Notes under the pieces: model-generated
What the model saw: the letters and a program-made list of their open reading frames with translations, nothing else
Told to the model about the DNA's origin: nothing
Database searches by the model: none
Shown: positions 35,752 through 48,691 of the stretch, in pieces
Numbering within the stretch: position 1 is the stretch's first letter
Layout of the letters: each line of letters starts with the position of its first letter
NCBI RefSeq assembly: GCF_006345805.1
Contig: NC_043011.1
Span: forward strand, 11,408,001 to 11,472,000
Origin: Octopus sinensis
Lineage: Eukaryota
DNA length: 64,000 nt
Direction of reading: 5' to 3'
Program-made: the position numbers and the translations under genes

Positions 35752-36400
35752 CTCTTATTATAAAAGGCAGATTTTATCTGCCTCCCTTTGTCACTTATAG
35801 AAATCTACAATATAGGATTTCTTCAATTACAATTTACCTAGCATTTTTAAGAGTAGAATGCATCAGGTCATGCCAGGTCCAGTTTTTAAAATTTAAACTC
35901 CAATTAAGCAAAATTTACAGAAAACTCACATTCTGGTGTATATGTCAAATGCTTTTCTTAGTCTGGTTTACAGCACACGCAAACGCACACACACAGTGTG
36001 CAACGAATAAAGTGAAACTAATTCACTGTGTGTGTGTTGACAGGTAGACAATAGAATGCGATGGCGATGTAATATTTGTTTCTGTCTATGACGCTGATAA
36101 AAGCATTGATGTACATGTGTGCGTGCGTGAGTGTGTGTGTGTCATTCCTCACACACACGCATACACATACATATATGACAGTGACAAACAAACGTTTCAA
36201 ACAACTACATACAAACATGTGTGTGTTTGTTATTAGTAAAAAAGGCGCCAAAACACAACTCACTTATCATTCCAACACATTTGCAAAGACACACGGACGG
36301 TCAAATTGCTATAACAATACAGAAAAGGTAAATTGGTTTTTATTTTACTCTATATATATTTTATTATATAATATTATATATAGATATATGTATATATAAT
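35752..36400 (+). mobile_element. Non-autonomous Helitron-like family 2, partial
   Basis: Starts a|TCTCTTATTATAAAAGGCAGATTTTATCTGCC. Same sequence at ~37736. Confidence 0.55.
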
Positions 36401-36477
36401 TGCAGTATGAAACAGTGTTTATGTATAAACAGACGACACTTATATATAGTTATTAATAAATGCATGCATCCGTTTAA

Positions 36478-37518
36478 CCCTTTCGTTACCAAACCGCCCG
36501 AAAAAAATTTTGGTTAATGAGAATATCAGAGTAAATCTCTTTAGAACATTCGTGAAAACACGTATTATACTTCGTAAACAGTTCAACTACAGTTTTGTAC
36601 AAAAATCGAAGTGTAATTTTAATTCCGTGAATTATGGGAGATTTTTTTCCGAAATTTGTTCCTATTGTGTTTTCAAAATTTGTAATTCTGACAAAAAATG
36701 GATACGAATTTCATTATATCAAGCAGCGAGTCAGAATTCGAAGGATTTTCTACTGAAGACCTTCATAAATCTAACTCTATGACTGAAAAAAAAAAGCATG
36801 TGGTATTTGATAATGAATCTGATGTTTCATTTTCCGAAAGTGAAAACAGTGAATCTGAGATCTCCGACAGCGATAAAGAAAATGATTTGGCACCTGAATG
36901 GAGTGAAAATTTAAAAACTGTTTCTTTCGGTGATTTCTCTGAAGAAACTGGACCAAGCCACAGACTTTCCCAGAAGAGTAAAGCCTTAGACTATTTCTTT
37001 TTACTTTTTCGAATGAGCCTATTTGAAATCATTACGGCGGAAACGAACTGTTACGCTCAACCTAAACAAAGCGAAAGAAACGATAGTTTGTTATTTCCCA
37101 CAACCTTAAATGAAATTAAGGCCTATTTTGCCATAAATATTATTATGGGTATTAGAAAGTTACCCAGAATAACAAATTCTATCGTAAAATTTTGTTGTAT
37201 ACCCAATTGAATATTAGCTAATAACCCATTTTCTATAGCGATGTTTGAACAAAATTTTAATAATTTTATATATTGTTGAATTTACCTGTATCTACCTGCA
37301 ATTAGAGTCACTTTGTGACAAAAATTATAGTATAGAATTGGTTGAGAACATTTCACTAAATTATCTTCCAAAAATCAGATTAATATATCTCTTATTATAA
37401 TTCATAAATAAAAAAGTTATAGTTGTTTAATGAAACCAGACTAAATTTATGATTACATTAGAAATTAATTGAAACACATAAGGGGTGTATTTTGGTCATA
37501 AATATAGTAACGAAAGGG
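36478..37518 (+). mobile_element. Internally deleted piggyBac transposon with transposase N-terminal fragment
   Basis: TTAA|CCCTTTCGTTAC...GTAACGAAAGGG|TTAA. ORF 36698-37210 has an acidic N-terminus then YFFLLF...IITAETNCYA...TTLNEIKAYFAINIIMGIRKLP (PGBD-type). Confidence 0.92.
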
Positions 37519-37630
37519 TTAAGAAAAACCAAAAAATATTTTATTCTTTGTAAATGTTGTGTTCAAAATAACATTTTCTTTTAAGAATGTGTATATAACA
37601 AAGTATGTGTATATAACTACGTGGCTTATA

Positions 37631-39470
37631 TCTTTATATATAAAAGTGAAGTTGTGTGTCTGTCTCCTACTATTTAGATTCGTAACTACTCCCACATTTT
37701 GCGGTGCAGTTTAACCAAAAGCGGGTATCTTATAGTCTCTTATTATAAAAGGCAGATTTTATCTGCCTCCCTTTGTATCTTATAGAAATCTACAATATAG
37801 GATTTCTTCAATTACAATTTACCTAGCATTTTTAAGAGTAGAATGCATTGGGTCGTGCCACGTCCAGTTTTTAAAATTTCAACCCAATTAAGCAAAATTT
37901 AGAGAAAACTCACATTGTGGTGTATAAGTCAAATGCTTTTCTTAGTGTGGGCTACAGGACTCGCACACATACACACACACAAAAAGGGAGCGATCTGATT
38001 CACTCACGCTATCACTCTCATTTCTACTACTTTCTCTTTGCAAGTGTGCAAAGATTAAACTGAAAGTATTTCTATAAAACGGATCACTCATGCTATCAAC
38101 ATAATTTCTCCCACTTTCTCTTTGCAAGTGTACCCTAAACCACTACTCAAAAAAAAAAACACAGCAAACAGAAACAAATAAATACATAACGATTTACACC
38201 TCACACAATTTCTTCAATTAGAGTTTACCTAAGATTTTTCAAAGTACTCCATTCGGTCATGCCATAAAAAAATTTCTTTCAATTTCACCCCCAATTAAGA
38301 CAAAATTCGAGAAAACTCAATATTTTAACATTTCACTCCGAAAGCATTGATGTACATGTGTGCGTGCGTGAGTGTGTGTGTGTGAGTGTGTGTTTGATGG
38401 GTTGTGCGACACAGAAAGTGTGGTGTGTAAGTGAAGTGCTTTTGTTAGTGTGTGTAAAGAGACAGAGAGAGTGAAAGACAGAAATAACTGAACTTTTTTT
38501 ATTCACTTTTTGTAGTGAGTGACTGAGAGAGAAAAGAGAGAGAGAGGTTATGTATGTATATATGTATGTATGGCTTCAGTGACACACACACACAAAAACA
38601 CATACCTACGTACACCTAAAGCACGCACACACACACACACAAGCGGAGCGCGAACTTCAAAATTTTGGTAGTATTAATTTGCGAGCATACTTCTAAGCGC
38701 GCGTAATTGAAAGTTTTCACTATGATATCATCACGTGCGAAAAAATTCGAAGGGTTTTGAACAATTGAGATACAGATGTCACGCCTGTATTGAAACCATT
38801 GCTAAGCTGCCGTAATTGCTTAATTAAGACTTTGTTTAAATTGAAAGGTGCAAATATGTGACGAGGTTGAAAAAAAATACCCCAGAAAAAAAATGTACTG
38901 CTGGTATTTATATAATTCACTACTATTTTGCTACAATGTCATGAAAAAGAAAAAATTAAGGTATGTACAACATATAGTATACATTTTTTCTATTCATTCA
39001 ATTCATTCAACGAAAATAAAAAAATCGAATTCGCCACCCCCTTTTCCCCGTTCGCGTTTGTGTAAAAAAAAATTATTATTTAAGTTTTAAAAATTATTTA
39101 CTTTGTTCAAAAAATATTAATATTAATTAATTTTCAAGAAATATTTAATTTATATAATTAATTCATTAATTTTATTCTGTAAAATAGTAATTAATTCATT
39201 TATCTGTAAATCCGCGAGGTTGTTACTCAGGCACCTAGAAATAGCAGCCAGATTTTTATATTCTAAATAATTTGCAATTTCAAAAAATATATTAATTTTG
39301 CGTTATTTAATTTGATAAATTCTACGGAATAATTTTGCGCGTTATATACGTTCGCGTTTCTGTAAAAAAAAGTAATTATTTAAGGGCGATCGAGTATCGA
39401 GTACCTACGTCTGGCTCGCGCGCACGCGCGAATCCGCGTCTGGGCAACCGGGACCACTGTGTTACAAGTA
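37631..39470 (+). mobile_element. Nested non-autonomous Helitron-like sequence (family 1 5' end, then family 2 body)
   Basis: a|TCTTTATATATAAAAGTG start shared with 49742. Family 2 start at ~37736. GC-rich putative 3' hairpin region at ~39415-39455. Confidence 0.55.
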
Positions 39471-39537
39471 CCCATATATACATCCATACATACATGTGTG
39501 TGTGTGTCTATGTATGTGTATTAATGTGTGTGTGTTA

Positions 39538-39895
39538 TCTCTATATAAAGCTAAAGTTGTCTGTGTGCGCCATGTTTGGTAACCTTCAACTAACACTATC
39601 TCCTCCGAGACCCTGCGGCGCAAGTTGACCAAAATTGAGAGTATGATAGAAGAAGGGTTGCTCTTCCTTCCGTAGAACATAAAATTCAAATCGGACCATG
39701 TTAACACCAAAAATTATTTACATCAAAAAGCTGCTTTTTTCTATGAAAATCCCTATTTTTTATGATTTTTTCACTGCTGTGTCGCCACTTTTCGGTGTAT
39801 TTCGACCAGAAAAATGTTCACAAAATTTTTACTTTTCAAAATTACAATTCCAGCGGGTCGAAACAAACCCGAGCAACGCCGGGCGATACTGCTAG
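39538..39895 (+). mobile_element. Non-autonomous Helitron (358 bp)
   Basis: A|TC start, subterminal hairpin CCCGAGC-AAC-GCCGGG, CTAG|T end. Confidence 0.85.
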
Positions 39896-40065
39896 TCAAT
39901 TAATAAAACCATCGGCATTTTTGATGATACAGATATGCTAATGTGTTATAATACTTTATAACTGATAATGCTTTATCTGTTATAGAGTATCCTAAATGTA
40001 ATATCATCTCACGTTAAACTATTAAGTGCTGTATATTCATTTGTGTTTAATTCTTTTTATTTTAG

Positions 40066-40116
40066 AGGATAATAAACCTGACCCTACATCATACGAAGAT
40101 GCCTTGGAAGCAACTG
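40066..40116 (+). CDS. SV2: SV2/SVOP-like MFS transporter, exon 2
   Basis: tttag|AG GAT...; (K)DNKPDPTSYEDALEAT(G), with donor G|gttggt. Matches the family YEEA(L/I)...G motif. Confidence 0.85.
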
Positions 40117-40140
40117 GTTGGTGTCTACTTTTACTTAATT

Positions 40141-40354
40141 TACTCTTTTACTCTTTTACTTCTTTCAGTCATTTGACTGCGGCCATGCTGGAGCACCGCC
40201 TTTAATCGAGCAACTCAACCCCGGGACTTATTCTTTTGTAAGCCCAGTACTTATTCTATCGGTCTCTTTTGCTAAGTAACGCTAAGTAACGGGGACATAA
40301 ACACACCAGCATCGGTTGTCAAGCAATGCTAGGGGGAGAAACACAGACACACAG

Positions 40355-40387
<33 letters not shown>

Positions 40388-40560
40388 CATATATACGACC
40401 GGCTTCTTTCAGTTTCCGTCTACCAAATCCACTGACAAGGCATTGGTCGGCCTGGGGCTATAGCAGAAGACATTTGCCCAAGGTGCCACTCAGTGGGACT
40501 GAACCTGGAACCATGTGGTTGGTAAACAAGCTACTTATCACACAGCCACTCCTGCGCCTA
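40141..40560 (-). mobile_element. SINE family A
   Basis: Reverse complement of consensus, 25 bp downstream of the exon 2 donor. Confidence 0.9.
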
Positions 40561-40865
40561 TAAATGTTTTTATTTACTCATTTGGAAGTATAGACCCTAC
40601 TATTTTGCATATTTCTTTATCATCTATAGTATTTTGGTAATGTGAGATATTGATTTGTTTCACAAGTTTTGCTAGTAGTACTGTATAATAGTTACTATTT
40701 ATAACTCTTTTGATAAAAATCTGTTGTCAAACTTGTTGGCAGTATTGTGTAATAACAATTATTTCATATAAACTATATTTTTATTATTTGTTCCAGTTTT
40801 CCATAATAATCCAAGAAAAAGATTTTTTCAACTTTGGGCATTGTAAATAGTAAATATATTACTTA

Positions 40866-41367
40866 CAGTAAAGCGAGTAGCCACATCAAAGTAGCAGTAA
40901 ATGTTACTACTAGTTTAACCCCAGGCGGATTCTCCGCCAGTTGATTTTCGGTGCAAGCTCTTCAGGGGAGGCAAACCCCTACTACCCTCCAGTAGGGGTT
41001 CAATCCCCCTACTAGCAATCATCATCGTCGTTTAGCATCCGCTTTCCATGCTGGCATGGGTTGGACGGTTCTACTGGGGTCTGGGAAGCCAGAAGGCTGC
41101 ACCAGGCCCAGTCTGATCTCGCAATGTTTCTACGGCTGGATGCCCTTCCTAACGCCAACCACTCCATGAGTGTAGTGGGTACTTTTTACGTGCCACCGGC
41201 ACAGGTGCCAGACGAGGCTGGCAAACGGCCACGATCGGATGGTGCTTTTTACGTGCCACCGGCAGGGTGCAGAGCTTTCACTGAAAACCAGTAGGCAGAG
41301 AGTCTGCCTGGGGTTAAGCTAGTAGTAACATTCATCTGTTACTTTGATGTGGCTACTCGCTTTACTG
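40866..41367. mobile_element. Palindromic MITE (~110-bp arms, CAGTAAAGCGAG termini) carrying an inserted RTE tail
   Basis: cagtaaagcgagtagccacatcaaagt... versus ...actttgatgtggctactcgctttactg. Confidence 0.8.
41018..41264 (-). mobile_element. RTE 3' tail fragment containing ~1.3 copies of the 63-bp satellite monomer
   Basis: tttttacgtgccaccggca occurs at 41183 and 41246, exactly 63 bp apart. Confidence 0.92.
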
Positions 41368-41410
41368 GTTAGTATATGTTACTACTCTATCTCTTGTTAA
41401 GATTTTATAA

Positions 41411-41780
41411 CTAGACTTGCACTATGACCCGGCAACGCTGGGTCATAGTGCTAGTGCATGCATATACAGCTGCGTGCGTGCGCACATACACGCGAGTGCT
41501 GTCCAAATCCCCGACCAATCATATACAGCTAGCTGGCATTCAATTGGTGCATCAAGTTTTGGACATTTTGATTGGGTTTTGGATAGAAAATTCACAAAAA
41601 AGTCACTTCTATTGATTTTTTAATGGATTTGCCAGGTGACTGGGGAAATGTAAAGATGTGCACGACCACCCTTGGATGGTTTTGAATGACCATAGAAAGT
41701 GCGAGCCCTCTAACTGAAAAATTGTGGATTTGTATAAAGGACACACATGCAGACATTTTGCTGTTTTATATATAGAGAGA
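41411..41780 (-). mobile_element. Non-autonomous Helitron (370 bp)
   Basis: Minus strand a|TCTCTCTATATATAAAA start, 12-bp-stem hairpin 41419-41451, CTAG|t end. Confidence 0.75.
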
Positions 41781-42039
41781 TATTAATAACCTTCCCTCCA
41801 CTAAACATTCGACCGTTCAATAGGAATATTATTTGAGATTAGTAATATGCTTTCAGTGTAACTTCAAATCCAATTTACTCTTCACTACAGTTACCTCCTT
41901 AGTTTCATGCAATAATTGTGTATATACATAGAAGTATGCAAATACATATGTACTAACATTTGAATGTAGATTGCAAAATGCTAAAATAAAAAGTGTAGTG
42001 CATCAGACTTTCTATTACTGATGAGTGGTAACAGTTGAT

Positions 42040-42449
42040 GGATCTTTTCGGTTTGAACGGTAGTTTTTTAAAATAATTTCCACCTAACTAAACACTTTTA
42101 AACTTTGTATACTGGTAGAATGTGTTTATAAAACATCTTTTTCTCTTGGCTTTATTGAGAAAATTCTATAGTTTGTAAGATATTTGTTGTTTTTTTTCTT
42201 CAATTTCTGCAATTTCAACCAATCAATGATGTCTATTGAGGTGAAATCATTCTGTGCCGTTTGAATATGTCCCTCGTTTAAGAAACAGATTGGGTTTATT
42301 TACATTTCTGAAGAAAAAAAGATACCCTTCCCCCACCCCTAACCTTAAAACTGATTGAAATGCAATAGATCGATTCTAGGGTCATAATTATAGGTGACAA
42401 TTTCATATGATACCGCTAGAAAAAACTGCCGTTCAAACCGAAAAGATCC
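42040..42449. mobile_element. GGATC-ended MITE with 8-bp TSD
   Basis: TSD cagttgat/caattgat. Confidence 0.9.
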
Positions 42450-42695
42450 CAATTGATTATTCTCATTTAGAAATATGTGTTCATTTAGAATAAGAATTTT
42501 TTTTAAAGTTTATTTAAACATTGAGATTAACAGGGGATATATGTTTGAGATTTACGTAGCAAAGTGTCTATACTTATCCTGTGTTACATAAATTATGGTT
42601 TCTAGTAGGAACAGGAGCATGTCTAGCATTAAAATGATTTTTCTCTTAACAATCTATTAAAACCATGAATGTAAAAATGTATCATACATAATTAA

Positions 42696-42917
42696 CCCTT
42701 TCGTTACTAACCCGGCTGAAACCGGCTCTGGCTCTTTAGTACAAATGTCTGGTTTTCAAAAGTTCTGAATTAAAACCTTCCACCAAACCTTAGTCACAAT
42801 TTATGTCCCTAAATCTAGCTGAATGATAACTAAGTTTATTTTACTTAATTCTTTGTTATATTTTAAATAATTGGGAGAAACACTGAACATCTCAAAATAA
42901 ATTCAGTAACGAAAGGG
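42696..42917. mobile_element. piggyBac-family MITE (222 bp)
   Basis: TTAA|CCCTTTCGTTAC...GTAACGAAAGGG|TTAA. Confidence 0.9.
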
Positions 42918-43427
42918 TTAAGTCCATGAAAATTGGACAGTGAGGGTTTTGTGTGTCTTATACAGGCACACAACAATCAATTTACTGAAATTATGAACTA
43001 AGAACTCATGAGCTGCTAGTTTGATACCTTATCTTCTTTGTCCTATCCACATGCTTCACATACACACCATTCCATATACACACACTCCACATACACACAT
43101 AACATGACTGCTACAGGTTCCCAATCTCAAAAGCCTAAAAAACACATCGACTTATATAGTTCTAGACACCCCCACCCCCCAAAAGAGAGGGTAGCAGCTG
43201 GATTGCCTCTACTCATAGGTCAACTTCACGGGAGTTTACTTGAGGCTAAAGAATAGCAACAACAAAAGAGGTCATTCTGAACAGGTTTTAATAAAGCATT
43301 ATTTTTGACACAGAACCATATTTGGAATGGATTGCAAATTATTCCCCCAAATTTTCCCATTTCAGAAATTAGCTTTGATTTATTGTTTTTGTATCATCTC
43401 GATCCCATAGTTCTTTCTTCTTTTCAG

Positions 43428-43589
43428 GAAATGGTATATTCAATTATCTGTTGACTGTCATCTGTGGTTGGGCTGTATCCAGTGATGCAATAGAGATTAT
43501 GTCTCTTTCCTATGTGTTACCCTCTACAACATGTGACTTCAACATTTCTGAGTATTATGTTGCTATCCTCAACGCTTCAATGTTTGTTG
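43428..43589 (+). CDS. SV2: SV2/SVOP-like MFS transporter, exon 3
   Basis: ttttcag|GA...; (G)NGIFNYLLTVICGWAVSSDAIEIMSLSYVLPSTTCDFNISEYYVAILNASMFV(G), donor G|gtaagt, phase 1/1. Confidence 0.95.
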
Positions 43590-43711
43590 GTAAGTTGTTG
43601 TTTAGCTCTTGATCAACCCTGGCTGAGCAGATTTATGACCAAAACAATTCTTATTGTAGTCATCCCATCTTTTTAATGGATACGAAAGACTGCATTATCT
43701 AATGACTTGCA

Positions 43712-44110
43712 TTACTCTTTTTACTCTCTTTACTTGTTTCAGTCAGTTGACTGCGGCCATGCTGGAGCACCACCTTTAATCGAGCAACTCGACCCTGGGA
43801 CTTATTCTTTGTAAGCCCAGTACTTACTCTATCAGTCCCTTTTGCCAAACCGCTAAGTGACGGGGACATAAACACACCAGCCTCGATTGTCAAGCACAGA
43901 CACACATACACGCGCACACACACACACACACACACATACATATATACGATGGGCTTCTTTCAGTTTCCGTCTCCCAAATCCACTCACAAGGCTTTGGTCG
44001 GCCCAAGGCTATAGTAGAAGACACTTGCCCAAGGTGCCACGCAGTGGGACTGAACCCAGAACAATGTGGTTGGTAAACAAGCTACTTACCACACAGCCAC
44101 TCCTGCGCCT
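43712..44110 (-). mobile_element. SINE family A
   Basis: Reverse complement of consensus. Confidence 0.9.
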
Positions 44111-44199
44111 TTGTAGATATTTGTTACTTTAATATAATCTGTCTTGTGGTTAAGCTATGCATATGCAGATAAGTATTAATAAATAACACTACTCATTCA

Positions 44200-45210
44200 A
44201 AGTGGTGGTGGAACAATGTAGTTGACAGAGCCATTTGGGAAAAGAAACAAGCATGGAAGGACTGGAAGTGTGGTGGTAGCAGGGAACTGTATCAGATTGT
44301 CAGAAGGGGAGCTAGGAGACGGGTTTACTTAGCCAGAGCGGAAGCAGATTAGAAGAAATTTGCCAATGTTCTGTGTCGTGAAGACGAGAGACTTGAAGTA
44401 TTTCAAATTGCAAGACAGTGTGTGAGAGAAAACCACGATGTCATAGGAGAGAAATGTGTCCGCATGGATGATGGTACATTTGCATTTAATGATGCTGCAC
44501 CAGAGAGACTTGGAGGCACCTCTATGAAAGGTTGCTAAATGAAGAGAATGAATGGGAGAAAGTGAATTTGCCAAATGGTGACCCAACTAAGGGACCAGCT
44601 ATCTAAATTGACAGTACTTTGGCAGATAAAGTAATGAAGGTCATGAAGACAAGGAAAGCCCTGGCCCATCAGGAATCACTGCTGAGATGCTTAAAATATC
44701 TGGCAGTGTAGGCTATAGTCTAGTCAACTGTTTCGAAGGTAAAGGTGATGCCTTAGAAATAATTACAGAAGTATCAATTTGTTGGATCAGGTGATGTAAG
44801 ACATGGAGAGGGTCATAGCCCAACTAATTAGGGAGAAAGTTAGTCTAGATGAGATGCAGTTCGGGTTTGTACCAGGGAGAAGCAACGCTGATGCTATATT
44901 TCTGGTAAGACAGCTGTAGGAGAAATTCCTAGCCAAAGATAAACCACTTGTAGTTGGCTTTTGTTGACATAGAGAAAGCCTTTGACAAGATTCCCCAATC
45001 AATTATCTGGTGGTCAATGTGGAAACTAGGGATAGATGAGTGGTTGGTGAAAGCTGTACAAGCCATGTACAGGGATGCTGTCAGTAAGGTGAGGATTGGC
45101 AACGAGAATAGCAAAAATTCCAGGTACAAGTAGGGGTACATCAAGGATCAGTCCTCAGTCTCCTCTTGTTCATCATAATCCTCCAAGCAATGACAGAGGA
45201 ATTCAATTCT
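44200..45210 (+). mobile_element. Degenerate RTE internal fragment
   Basis: Aligns to 31850-32930 in the opposite orientation, with deletions and stops. Confidence 0.85.
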
Positions 45211-45354
45211 ATTTTTTTGCACTAGCAAAGAGTGAATGAGAGGTGGAAGGAAGAACTGTATGATTACAGTTAGTTGAAGGGTTACCAGGTTGATGGGCAC
45301 TTCACCCCTTGCACCTCTGACTTGAGTCATAAAAACTCCACTCTCTCTCTCTCT

Positions 45355-45530
45355 GCGGCCATGCTGGAGCACCGCCTTTAATCGAGCAACTCGACCCCGG
45401 GACTTATTCTTTGTAAGCCCAGTACTTATTCTATCGGTCTCTTTGCCAAACTGCTAAGTGACGGGGGACATAAACACACCAGCATCGGTTGTCAAGCGAT
45501 GTTGGGGGGACAAACACAGATATACAAACT

Positions 45531-45572
<42 letters not shown>

Positions 45573-45740
45573 CACATATATACGACAGGCTTCTTTCAGT
45601 TTCCGTCTACCAAATCCACTCACAAGGCTTTGGTCGGCCTGAGGCTATAGTAGAAGACACTTGCCCAAGGTGCCACGCAGTGGGACTGAACCCGGAACCA
45701 TGTGGTTGGTAAACAAGCTACTTACCACACAGCCACTCCT
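45355..45740 (-). mobile_element. SINE family A, 3' end clipped
   Basis: Begins at gcggccatgctgg. Confidence 0.88.
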
Positions 45741-46105
45741 AGCTCTAACTTTTTTAAACTTCACCAATGTATAACACCCACAGCTACAGAACTCACTGTC
45801 TTGTTGAAGCTAACCACCAATAAAACTTCAAAGTAACTATCAACCTACAACAGTAAAGTGACAAATGAAACTTAGCAGTAAGAGGGAAAATCATGAGGCA
45901 ATTGACTATTTTGACTTTAAAGATTTGTATAGTTCATCCTTCACCTAAATTATGACAGCAATCATCACTTGGGTTGTTGAGTACAAACTGGCCTGCTCAA
46001 ATTGATTTCTTTATAGTGAAAACATTTGGTGATTTGTGACTAGGATGTTGTCCAGAAAGAAATTCATTTATATGAAAGACAGTTCTGTAGCATAAATTTC
46101 ATGAT

Positions 46106-46520
46106 AGGCGCAGGAGTGGCTGTGTGCTAAGTAGCTTGCTTACCAACCACATGATTCCGGGTTCAGTCCTACTGCGTGGCATCTTGGGCAAGTGTCTTCT
46201 GCTATAGCCTCGGGCCAACCAATGCCTTGTGAGTGGATTTGGTAGACGGAAACTGAAAGAAGCCCGTCGTATATATGTATATATATATATATATATATAT
46301 GTGTATATGTTTGTGTGTGTGTGTGTTTGTCCCTCTAGCATTGCTTGACAACCGATGCTGGTGTGTTTACGTCCCCATCACTTAGCAGTTCAGCAAAAGA
46401 CCGATAGAATAAGTACTGGGCTTACAAAAAGAATAAGTTTCGGGGTCGAGTTGCTCGACTAAAGGCGGTGCTCCAGCATGGCCGCAGTCAAATGACTGAA
46501 ACAAGAAAAAGAGTAAAGAG
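46106..46520 (+). mobile_element. SINE family A
   Basis: Full head to tail. Confidence 0.9.
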
Positions 46521-46655
46521 ATTATTAGTCAATCCCTACAGAAAACTACAGTTCTTTCTTCCTCTGATTTATAAAATTAAACATAAAAGCTGAATAACTT
46601 TGTGGGTGCCACCTGTGCATTTGGGGGACAACCATAGTATTTTATTAGTTTACAG

Positions 46656-46689
<34 letters not shown>

Positions 46690-46860
46690 TTAATGCCTGT
46701 TTCAATGCTGGCATGGGTTGGACTGTTCGACAAGATCTAGTAAGCAGCAGGGCTGCATTAAGCTCCAATGTTAGGTTTCTACAGCTGGATGCCCTTCCTA
46801 ACACCAACCACTTTACAGTGTGACTAGAGCTTTTCTTATGCCACCAGCACTCACTGAAGT
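46656..46860 (-). mobile_element. Old RTE 3' tail fragment with (GAT)n tail
   Basis: (CAT)11...gctggcatgggttgg...ggatgcccttcctaacaccaaccac. Confidence 0.8.
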
Positions 46861-46964
46861 CACCTAGTAACACGCAAGATAGGAAAAAGAAAACAAAACA
46901 GCCCCTTTAACTAAGGTAGGGTGAGGAGTATCTGAGAGGGGCGGTAACTTTATGCTAAGTACAG

Positions 46965-47640
46965 ATGTGTTGCTATGGAGAAAATACATGGCTACCCCGT
47001 ATTATATAAGGATAGGTGGTTATAACTGGAAAGAAGATGAAGAAGGGGTGCTGGAGCAAATCCTTAAGGCACAAGAAGATGAGCATAGGAGAGGATACAG
47101 ATAGGGGTTCAAGGGGTAGTTTCATAAGAGTGGGAGGGGAGAGTCACAGATGGTTGGAGTTGTGGGTAGAGGTGAATGTAGTGAGTGATGAACAAACATG
47201 GAGTTGTGGATGATGGGAGTATCAGTATAGGAGAGTAGTAAGATTAGAGAGATAGAAGTGGATCAGGGAGGATAGATCAGGATAATCTGCTTGGTGTAGG
47301 AGCAGTGGGTAGGGAGATGTAGAGGTACATAAGGGTGGATAAGACATGATGGCAAATATGAGATGATGTTGATGATGATAGAAAATATGAAAGGCCTTAA
47401 AGATGAAGTATAGCAGAAGAGAATGAGAAATAACTGAAGGCACAGAGACAAGGTAATCAGTGAAAATCATATGGGAAGGAATGACAATGAGAATGAGATA
47501 TGGAAGAGGTTTCAGAGCAGGAGATAACTGGTAGGACAAAGAACAAATAGGGGCGGGGATATAATATGTGCTGTTTCTACTCTCAAGGGATTACAACAGC
47601 TGGGTAGATTTAAAAATATTAACGAAGGTGAGGGAAGGTG
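46965..47640 (-). mobile_element. Decayed Penelope-like relic, second copy
   Basis: Homologous to 12560-13640. Broken frame reads SYAHLL(R)LK(R)ICS...(R)G*P. Confidence 0.45.
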
Positions 47641-47727
47641 ATCAGGTAGGTACTTTACAATATCTGACTTTGCATTTTCAAGAGAAGATCATGCTTTGGC
47701 ATGTATTAGTCTTCTATAAAAGTAAAT

Positions 47728-48032
47728 CATCATCATCATCATCATCGTTTAACGTCCGTTTTCCGTGCTAGCACGGGTTGGACGGTTCAACCGGGGTCTG
47801 GGAAGCCAGGAGGCTGCACCAGGCTCCAGTCTGATCTGGCAGTGTTTCTACAGCTGGATGCCCTTCCTAACGCCAACCACTCCGTGAGTGTAGTGGGTGC
47901 TTTTTATGTGCCTGGGGAGGCTGGCAGCGGCCACGATCAGTTAGTGCTTTTTATGTGCCACCGACACCAAAGCCAGTCAAGGCGGTGCTGGCATCGGCCA
48001 CGTTCGGATGGTGCTTTTTACGTGCCACCGGC
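47728..48032 (-). mobile_element. RTE 3' tail fragment with three copies of the gtgcttttta(c/t)gtgcc monomer core
   Basis: Core motif at ~47897, ~47944 and ~48011. Confidence 0.88.
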
Positions 48033-48148
48033 AGCGAAGCCAGATAGAAATACATTAGAAAAGAATAAGAAAGCTCCCAATAAAATTGGATATAGATATA
48101 AAAATAAAATCAACAATGATATAAAATGATATAAAAATAAAATCAACA

Positions 48149-48560
48149 AGGCGCAGGATTGGCTGTGTGGTAAGTAGCTTGCTAACCAACCACATGGTTC
48201 CAGGTTCAGTCCCACTGCGTGGCATCTTGGGCAAGTGTCTTCTGCTATAGCCCCGGGCCGACCAATGCCTTGTGAGTGGATTTGGTAGACGGAAACTGAA
48301 AGAAGCCTGTCGTATATATGTATATATATATATATGTATGTGTGTGTGTTTGTGTGTGTGTGTTTGTCGCCCTAGCATTGCTTGACAACCGATGCTGGTG
48401 TGTTTACGTCCCCGTCACTTAGCGGTTCGGCAAAAGAGACGTATAGAATAAGTACTGGGCTTACAAAGAATAAGTCCCGGGGTCGATTTGCTCGACTAAA
48501 GGCAGTGCTCCAGCATGGCCGCAGTCAAATGACTGAAACAAGTAAAAGAGTAAAAGAGTA
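48149..48560 (+). mobile_element. SINE family A
   Basis: Full head to tail. Confidence 0.9.
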
Positions 48561-48691
48561 ATGAATTATAGACAAATACACATCATTACGTGGCTTTGTA
48601 AAACTGATGAAAATAAGCAGTTTAAAAACATTGAAAGATCTATAGAAAATCTTTCCAGATATCTTTATTTCTTGTTTTGTTCTGATTTCAG

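Noticed and set aside
42018-42030. CTGATGAGTGG, similar to the start of the 29913 hammerhead
   Set aside because: There is no stem II partner or GAAA on either side of the adjacent MITE insertion.
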